DNA of 64,000 nucleotides, from NCBI GenBank assembly GCA_963730185.1, contig CAVSQW010000002.1, positions 32,001 through 96,000 of the forward strand, in the 5' to 3' direction. The translations under genes were made by a program, and so were the position numbers. Every line of letters begins with the position of its first letter. Position 1 is the stretch's first letter. The notes below the pieces were generated by a model, which saw only the letters and a program-made list of their open reading frames with translations, was not told the DNA's origin and did not search any database. Positions 57,978 to 64,000 of this stretch are shown in pieces. This DNA comes from an uncultured Gemmatimonadales bacterium. GTDB lineage: Bacteria; Gemmatimonadota; Gemmatimonadetes; Gemmatimonadales; GWC2-71-9.

Positions 57978-59950
57978 CGGACCCGTTCGCTTTGTTCGTC
58001 ACCGATCCGGCCAATGCGGCGGCGGTGGCAGCGGCCCGGACGGTCGCCGATGCGAGCCGTACCCTCTACGGCCCCCTGGTGATGGTGGGAATCCGGGGCG
58101 CCGGGAAGTCGCATCTTCTCCGCGCCGTGCGTGACCGGGCCGCCGCCCAGTCGCCCCCCCGGCGGGCGGAGCTCATCTCGCTCCTTCGGCTCGCCGACGT
58201 GGTGCACGCCCGCGGCTTGGGCGAGGGGGGATCGGCGCTTCGCGACCGGCTGCTCGACGCCGACCTGCTGCTGATCGACGATTTCGAGGCGGTGACCCGC
58301 CATCTGCCGGTGCAGGCCTTCGTCTTCGACCTTCTCGAATCGCGGATCACCAAGGGCCGCGAGGTCGTGGTCGCGAGCGCCCTGCCGGTCGCCGGGCTGG
58401 CCGGTCTCGACGCCCGGCTTCGCCGCCGGCTCGAGGCAGGCACCGTCGTCACGCTCGGGCTTCCCGGCTCCGACGCCAGGCAGGTGATCCTGGACCGGCG
58501 GGTGGCCGAAAGCGGCGTTCGCCTTGCGCCGGCGGTGGTCGAGGCCCTGGCCCACCAGCCGTTCCGGTCGATCAAGGAATACCTGGGCGCGCTCCAGCGG
58601 GTCCTCGCCTTCCAGCAAACGACGCCCGAAGCGCTCTCGGCGGCCGACGCGCTGGCGTTGCTCGGCCTCGAGAGCACCAACGGGCGCCTCGGTCCGGCCG
58701 AGGCCGGACCAGCCCCCGCCGCTGCCGACGCACCCCAGGAGCCGCCCAGCCTCGAGGAAGCGGAGTTCGACGCCTTCCTCTCCGAGGTCGTGGCCAACGT
58801 TTCGCATCAGTTCGACCGGTGGCGGGGCCGGATTCGCGAAGCCATCGCCCACTGGCAGTCGCGGGGCCTCCGGGCCCGTCGGCTGGAGCGGGCCCTGACC
58901 GACGAGATGGGCGGCGACCCGGAGCCGGTGATCAGCGACTTCGGCCGCGACGCCACCGAGCTGGAGCGGCTGGTGGCCGAGGTTCGAGCCATCGCGCCCG
59001 ACCTGGCCGGCGCCGAGGTCCTCCGTGATCCCGATCAGCTCCCGGCCGCCCGCGAGCTGGTGGACGAGGCCCGGCGCCGGCGGGCCCCGCTGTCGGCCCC
59101 GTTGCCGGAGCTCACCCTCGACACCCTCGGCGTGGGCCCCTCCAACCGGCTGGCCGTCGAGGCGGCCCGCGCCCGGGTGGCCGACGCCGGCGGGCAGGAC
59201 AACCCCCTGGTCGTGGTCGGGGCCAGCGGGTTGGGCAAGACCCATCTGCTCCACGGGATCGGTAACGCGCTGATCGAGCGACAGGTCTCACCCATCGCTT
59301 GCCTGAGCGCCCACAGCTTCCTGGGCGAAGTCTCCGCCCTCCGGACCGCGGAGGAGACCGCCGCCTGGCGGACCCGCTATCAGTGGGTGGCCGGCCTCCT
59401 GGTCGACGATCTTCACGTGCTCGCCCACGAGGGCCGCGCCCAGGAGGAGCTGCTCCAGATCTTCGGGGCGCTCGCCGACGGCGGCCGCCCCCTGGTCTTC
59501 GCGTCGGCCCGCCGGCTGAGCGAGCTCGAGGGCTTCGATCCCCGGCTCCTGACCCGGCTCGAGGCGGGCCTGGTGGTGGAGATCCTCCCGCCCGATCGAG
59601 AGGTGCGCCTGACCGTCGTCAAGGCGCTGCTGGCCGGCACTCCCATGGCCGACGACGCCGCGCTGATCGACTACCTCGCCGGCCGCCCGGCCGACTCCAT
59701 CCGGGCGGTGCAGGGGGCGGTGCATCGAGTGCTCGGTGAAGCGCGGGGCCAGCGGGTCACGCCCTCGCCCGCGCTGGCCCGCGAGGTGCTCGAGGTGGTC
59801 TTGTCCAAGGGCACCCGGCCGGGCCGGCGGAGCGCGACCCCGCGAGGGAGCGGGATCCTCTCGCCCGGGATGGGGGTGGTCCGAAGCCGGGAGAAGATGA
59901 TTCAGCGCTGGCCGCACCCGGCCGAGCGGCTGATGGTGGAGCTGCGCTGA
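57974..59950 (+). CDS. Protein with two tandem DnaA/Hda-type AAA+ domains, lacking DnaA domains I and IV
   Basis: Domain 1: FALFVTDPANAAA...GIRGAGKSHLL...LLLIDD...RLRRRLEAG. Domain 2: VGPSNRLA...NPLVVVGASGLGKTHLL...LLVDD...QEEL...RLLTRLEAG. The GTG start overlaps the mglA stop. Confidence 0.85.
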   Translation: MTDPFALFVTDPANAAAVAAARTVADASRTLYGPLVMVGIRGAGKSHLLRAVRDRAAAQSPPRRAELISLLRLADVVHARGLGEGGSALRDRLLDADLLLIDDFEAVTRHLPVQAFVFDLLESRITKGREVVVASALPVAGLAGLDARLRRRLEAGTVVTLGLPGSDARQVILDRRVAESGVRLAPAVVEALAHQPFRSIKEYLGALQRVLAFQQTTPEALSAADALALLGLESTNGRLGPAEAGPAPAAADAPQEPPSLEEAEFDAFLSEVVANVSHQFDRWRGRIREAIAHWQSRGLRARRLERALTDEMGGDPEPVISDFGRDATELERLVAEVRAIAPDLAGAEVLRDPDQLPAARELVDEARRRRAPLSAPLPELTLDTLGVGPSNRLAVEAARARVADAGGQDNPLVVVGASGLGKTHLLHGIGNALIERQVSPIACLSAHSFLGEVSALRTAEETAAWRTRYQWVAGLLVDDLHVLAHEGRAQEELLQIFGALADGGRPLVFASARRLSELEGFDPRLLTRLEAGLVVEILPPDREVRLTVVKALLAGTPMADDAALIDYLAGRPADSIRAVQGAVHRVLGEARGQRVTPSPALAREVLEVVLSKGTRPGRRSATPRGSGILSPGMGVVRSREKMIQRWPHPAERLMVELR

Positions 59951-61566
59951 TGGCGATCAAGGGCAGCCTCAAGGAGGCCAGCCTCCCCGACGTGATCCAG
60001 CTGCTCTTCTTCGGGCGGCGGACGGGGTGTCTGGCGCTGGCCGATCGGCAGCGCTTCGGCTCGATCTTCTTCGAGGACGGCTGGATCGCCTACGCGACGA
60101 TCGTGAACCGGCGCGATCGGCTGGGCGACATCCTGCTCCGGGCCGGGACCATCAGCCGGGAGCAGCTCGACCAGGCCCTCGCCATGCAACAGGTCTCGCG
60201 GGGCCGGCGTTTGGGCGAGATCCTGGTCAGCCTGGGCGCCCTGGCGCCGGAAGAGCTCCGCCGGCTGCTCCGCTTTCAGATCGAGGAAGCGGTCTACGCG
60301 CTCTTCTCCTGGTCGACCGGCACCTTCACCTTCGATGCCGGCGTGCGCCCCGAATGGGAGGGCGATCTCGACCGGATCAACCCCGAAAACCTGTTGCTCG
60401 AGGGTGCCCGCCGGGTGGACGAGTGGAGCCTGATCGAGAAGAAGATTCCGTCGTTCGACGCCGTCTTCTCCGTCGACCGGGGCGCGCTGGCCAACCCCGC
60501 GCTCAGCTTCACCGAGGCGCAGCGCCGGATCCTGCCGCTGCTCGACGGCGAGCGCGACACCCGCGAGGTCATCGACGCCTCCGGCCTCTCCGATTTCGAG
60601 GCCGCGCAGGCGCTGTTCGGGCTGATCACCGCGGGGCTGGCCCAGCGGACCGGAACCTCGTCCAAGGCGGCGCCGTCGCGGCTGCTCGAGGCCCAGCTCG
60701 ACGAGCACCGAAACCTGGGCGTGGCGTTCCTCCGAAGCGACATGCTCGACGAGGCCTCCCGCGAGTTCCGCCGGGTCATGGAGCTGCGGCCGTCCGAAGG
60801 AACCTCGCCATTCTATCTGGGCGTCATCGCCGCCCGCCAGGACAACTGGCCCGACGCCGTCACCCTCTTCCGGCAGGCGCTCGACCGGAGCGGCCCCCGC
60901 GGCGCGATCCTTCACAACCTGGCCGTGGCCCTCGAGGCGATCGGCCGGACCGACCAGGCCGACGCCATCGGCGCCGAGGCCGCGAGCCGGCTGCCGGACG
61001 ACCCCAGGATCTTCCTCGACTGGGGGATCCTGGCTCTCGAGCGCGACGAGCCCCAGGTGGCCTGGGCCCGGCTGGATCGCGCCCGCGAGCTCTTCGGAGT
61101 GGCGGCCCCGCCGATCTGGTTCTGGGCTGCCGCGCTGACCCAGGTGGCCCTCGACCAGATCGAATCCGCCGTGAGCCTGGCGCGCGAAGGCGTCACGGCC
61201 TTTCCTCAGCACAGCGTGCTCCGGAACAACTACGCCGTCCTGCTCGAGGCCACCGGTGCCTTTACCGAGGCGCAGGTCCTCCTCGAGGAGATCATCGGCG
61301 ACGAGCCGTCGCAGCCCCAGCCGTTCAAGAACCTGGGCGATCTCTACTACCGGGGCGGCCGCTACGAGGACGCCGCCCGGGTTTACGAGCGGGCGGCCAC
61401 GATCGCCCCCGAGCTGGGCGACGATCTCTTCTTCAAACTCGGGAACCTCGCCTTCCGGGGGCGGGAAGCGTCCCGGGCCCGCGAGTTCTGGGAGCGGGCC
61501 CTGGCGCTCAACCCGGGGCACCAGCTGGCCCGGGCCAACCTCGAGCTCTTGCCGGTGTCCGCATGA
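59950..61566 (+). CDS. DUF4388 (PATAN-like) + MshEN + TPR protein
   Basis: IKGSLKEASLPDVIQLL, RLGDILLRAGTISREQLDQALAMQ...RLGEILVSLG, LLLEGARRVDE and many TPRs. Confidence 0.85.
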   Translation: MAIKGSLKEASLPDVIQLLFFGRRTGCLALADRQRFGSIFFEDGWIAYATIVNRRDRLGDILLRAGTISREQLDQALAMQQVSRGRRLGEILVSLGALAPEELRRLLRFQIEEAVYALFSWSTGTFTFDAGVRPEWEGDLDRINPENLLLEGARRVDEWSLIEKKIPSFDAVFSVDRGALANPALSFTEAQRRILPLLDGERDTREVIDASGLSDFEAAQALFGLITAGLAQRTGTSSKAAPSRLLEAQLDEHRNLGVAFLRSDMLDEASREFRRVMELRPSEGTSPFYLGVIAARQDNWPDAVTLFRQALDRSGPRGAILHNLAVALEAIGRTDQADAIGAEAASRLPDDPRIFLDWGILALERDEPQVAWARLDRARELFGVAAPPIWFWAAALTQVALDQIESAVSLAREGVTAFPQHSVLRNNYAVLLEATGAFTEAQVLLEEIIGDEPSQPQPFKNLGDLYYRGGRYEDAARVYERAATIAPELGDDLFFKLGNLAFRGREASRAREFWERALALNPGHQLARANLELLPVSA

Positions 61567-62366
61567 GCCTCGTCGACCATCCCGCCTTCGGTCGGGTGAC
61601 CGAGCACCTCGAGCGGCTGGGCGCCGGGGCGTTCGTGCTGTACAAGACGCCCTGCCTGGAGCGGCGGCTCGCCTCCCGGATCCGGGCCCGCCGCCAGCAC
61701 GGCCTGGCCGAGTACGCCGCCCTGCTCGACAGCGATGCCGGTGAGCGCGACCGGCTGGTGAGGGCGCTCTCGATCGGCGTCACCAGCTTCTTCCGGAATC
61801 CGACGGCGTGGCGCCGGCTCGCCGAGCTGCTCGAGGAGCGGAAGCCGGCGGGCGGGCTCCGAGGCTGGAGCGCCGGCTGCGCGAGCGGCGAGGAGGCCTG
61901 GTCGCTGGCCATGGTCCTCTCCGATCGGGCCCTCACCGGGTCAGGCGACCCGACCGCCTTCCGGGTCGACGCCACCGATCTCGACCTGGCCGGGCTGGCC
62001 CTCGGTCGGATGGGCGAGTATCCCGGGCAGGTAACCGCGCCCCTTCGGCTGGCCGGCGACCTTCGCCACGGTCGGCTGGTGGGTGACCGGTTCCTGGTGG
62101 AGCCGGCGCTCCGGGGGCGAGTCCACTTCCGCCGAGACGATCTCACCGAGTCGCGGGTGCGCGGGCCGTACGACGTGGTCACCTGCCGGAACGTGCTCAT
62201 CTACTTTGGCGACGAGGGGCAGTCGCGGGCCTTGGCCGCGCTGGTTCGCTCCCTCGCGCCGGGCGGCCTCCTGATGCTCGGCCGGGCCGAGCTCGCCGCC
62301 CGATCGGTTGCCGAGGAGCTGGAGATCGTCGACTCGCGGGAACGGATCTACCGGAGGGTCGAATGA
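61563..62366 (+). CDS. cheR: Protein-glutamate O-methyltransferase CheR
   Basis: VTSFFRNP, WSAGCASGEE, ATDLD, CRNVLIYF and LAPGGLLMLG. Confidence 0.92.
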   Translation: MSLVDHPAFGRVTEHLERLGAGAFVLYKTPCLERRLASRIRARRQHGLAEYAALLDSDAGERDRLVRALSIGVTSFFRNPTAWRRLAELLEERKPAGGLRGWSAGCASGEEAWSLAMVLSDRALTGSGDPTAFRVDATDLDLAGLALGRMGEYPGQVTAPLRLAGDLRHGRLVGDRFLVEPALRGRVHFRRDDLTESRVRGPYDVVTCRNVLIYFGDEGQSRALAALVRSLAPGGLLMLGRAELAARSVAEELEIVDSRERIYRRVE

Positions 62367-62851
62367 CGGGGCTCCGGGTCGTCGTCCGGGTGAGCGGCCT
62401 GATCGTGGCCGAGGCGCCGGCGACGCTCGTGGCGCTCGCCCTCGGGAGCTGCGTCGCGATCGCCCTCTACGATCCCCAGGCCAAGATCGGCGGCATGGCC
62501 CACGTGCTCCTGCCCTCGGCGGCGATGGGACGGGACCAGGGACAACCTGGCCGCTTCGCCCAGACCGCGGTGCCCACCCTCCTGGAACGGCTGATTGCCC
62601 GGGGTGCGCGGGCGCCGGCCATCACCGCCCGGCTGGTCGGCGGGGCCAGCATGTTCACCTCGCTGGCCCCTCCGGGCACCATCCAAATGGGCGACCGGAA
62701 CGTGGTGGCGGCCCGCGAGGCGCTCCACCGCAACGGCATCCGCCTGGTCGGTGAAGCGGTCGGCGGCGACTTCGGCCGGACGGCCGAGTTCGACGTGGAG
62801 ACCGGCCGGATCCGGGTCGCCTCGTACCTCCGCGGCGAGCAGCTGCTGTGA
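62363..62851 (+). CDS. cheD: Chemoreceptor glutamine deamidase CheD
   Basis: LGSCVAIALYD, GGMAHVLLP, GGASMF and GDRNV. Confidence 0.93.
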   Translation: MTGLRVVVRVSGLIVAEAPATLVALALGSCVAIALYDPQAKIGGMAHVLLPSAAMGRDQGQPGRFAQTAVPTLLERLIARGARAPAITARLVGGASMFTSLAPPGTIQMGDRNVVAAREALHRNGIRLVGEAVGGDFGRTAEFDVETGRIRVASYLRGEQLL

Positions 62852-63726
62852 CCGACGTCCGACGGACGGCCTGGCTGGCCGCGCTGGTCGAGGAGCTCGA
62901 CGCGATCGACCGCGAGCTCGAGGCTGGCGCCGCCGATCGGGCTCGTCTCAAGACCCGGATCGTCGCCACCTTCCGCCAAGTGGAGGGGAGCCTGTCGGAG
63001 CTCGGCGGCCTCAAGGACCGGATCAAAGGGCAGGTGGACCGCTTCAAGCAGCTCGCCACCAGCGGCCCCGGCCACCCCGACCCGGCCGAGGCGGGGCCGA
63101 TGCCGGTGCGGGCCGACCACCTCGGCGCCTCGACCTTCATCGAGAAGGGCTGGAGCCTGATCTCGGCGGGCGACCCCGCTGGTGCGATCGACGCGCTCCA
63201 CCGAGCGCTCGAGCTCGCCCCCGACGACGTCCACGCGAAGGCCCTCGTTGGATGGGCCCAGATGCTCGGGGAGCACTATGACGACGCCCTGGTGACCTTC
63301 TCCGAGGTGCTGGCCCGCGAGCCCGCCCACGCGCTGGCCCGGGTGAACGTGGGCTTCATCTGCCTCAAGAAGCGAATCTTCGGCGAGGCGATCGAGCACC
63401 TCTCCCGGGTCATCCGGCTCGACAACGACCGGAAGGCCACGCTGTACGCCCACTACTATCTGGGACTCGTCTACCTCGAGCGGGCGATGTACCTCGACGC
63501 CGAGACCTTTCTCACCAAGGCCATCGCGCTGGGGCCGAATCTGATCGAGGCGTACTACGACTTGGGGCGGGCCCGCTGGTTCGCGGGCGATCAGGAAGGG
63601 GCCCGCGCCACCTGGCGCAAAGGGGCCAAGGCCAACAAATATGCTCCGTGGGCCAAGCGTTGCCAGGAACTCCTCGAAGCCGTCGAGCGCGGCGAGTCGG
63701 TGCCGCCCTCCTCGCCGGCGGCCTGA
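62848..63726 (+). CDS. Coiled-coil + TPR protein
   Basis: N-terminal heptad helix followed by TPRs (AHYYLGLVY, AYYDLGRA). Confidence 0.82.
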   Translation: MTDVRRTAWLAALVEELDAIDRELEAGAADRARLKTRIVATFRQVEGSLSELGGLKDRIKGQVDRFKQLATSGPGHPDPAEAGPMPVRADHLGASTFIEKGWSLISAGDPAGAIDALHRALELAPDDVHAKALVGWAQMLGEHYDDALVTFSEVLAREPAHALARVNVGFICLKKRIFGEAIEHLSRVIRLDNDRKATLYAHYYLGLVYLERAMYLDAETFLTKAIALGPNLIEAYYDLGRARWFAGDQEGARATWRKGAKANKYAPWAKRCQELLEAVERGESVPPSSPAA

Positions 63727-64000
63727 TCGTCGCCGGGCCCGTCCGGGCCCAGGCGCAGCGTGAGATCGTCCGGGTAGGGCAGGCGACCGCGCTGGCGGCT
63801 CCGTCCGATCTCGATCTGGCGGTGGCCCTGGCCGAGCGAGCCGACCAGCCGGCCGAGTATTACGGCCTGGGACGGCGGTCGATCGGCCCCGTCGCGATCG
63901 CCGTGGTGCGGGGCCGGGGCGGGTTCGACTCGGTCTCGCGGGGCCGGATCCCGTCGTGGGGCGCGGGGCTCGCCCTGCCGGCCGCCCGCTTCATCGCGAT
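63660..64000 (+). CDS. Partial secreted protein, possibly a peptidase MA-like metallohydrolase (runs off the window)
   Basis: Open frame from TTG 63660 with signal-like RRARRVGAALLAGGLIVAGPVRAQ, ending GRIPSWGAGLALPAARFI. No HExxH motif is visible within the window. Confidence 0.45.
   Translation, partial: MPGTPRSRRARRVGAALLAGGLIVAGPVRAQAQREIVRVGQATALAAPSDLDLAVALAERADQPAEYYGLGRRSIGPVAIAVVRGRGGFDSVSRGRIPSWGAGLALPAARFIA

Noticed and set aside
57974..59950. Canonical dnaA / replication origin
   Set aside because: There is no domain IV, no dnaN/recF/gyrB context, and no DnaA-box cluster or AT-rich unwinding element was seen.
60027..61562. N-terminal extension of the 779-aa ORF ending in CheR
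   Set aside because: It is a shadow frame of the DUF4388-TPR gene. CheR starts at ATG 61563.

Overview
High-GC bacterial window. Gene content and order suggest Gemmatimonadota, but this is inference. It has four blocks. (1) 1-22.6 kb: a flagellar cluster, fliI-fliJ-motE-like-fliK-flgD-flgE, fliL-M-N-fliOP(fused)-Q-R-flhB-A-F-G-fliA, and flgF-G-A-H-I-J-N-K. (2) 22.6-30.4 kb: a motor and c-di-GMP signalling block with motAB, a degenerate REC-HD-GYP protein, a sensor-less histidine kinase, an HDOD protein, an orphan CheA carrying an MshEN-like insert, and a REC-GGDEF cyclase. (3) 30.5-49 kb: metabolic and housekeeping genes (RidA family, unknown+fahA, pdxH, S9 peptidase, tilS-hpt-ftsH, DUF2723, yggS-divIVA-ileS-dksA-like-lspA-rluD). 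(4) 49-64 kb: a tightly coupled hybrid operon, cheW-cheY-cheA-cheC-TPR-DUF4388/MshEN/TPR-TPR/Roadblock-Roadblock-mglB-mglA-tandem DnaA-like AAA+-DUF4388/MshEN/TPR-cheR-cheD-TPR, with no MCP or CheB in view. Block 4 is the best candidate for an undescribed system. Recurrent sigma54, sigma28-like, IHF and enhancer-like motifs outline a flagellar regulatory hierarchy. Frameshifts occur in fliI, fliK and fahA and are probably assembly errors, although the fliK shift can be explained by a G7 tract. No rRNA, tRNA, CRISPR or mobile element was recognised. All calls come from reading motifs by eye; no database searches were run.
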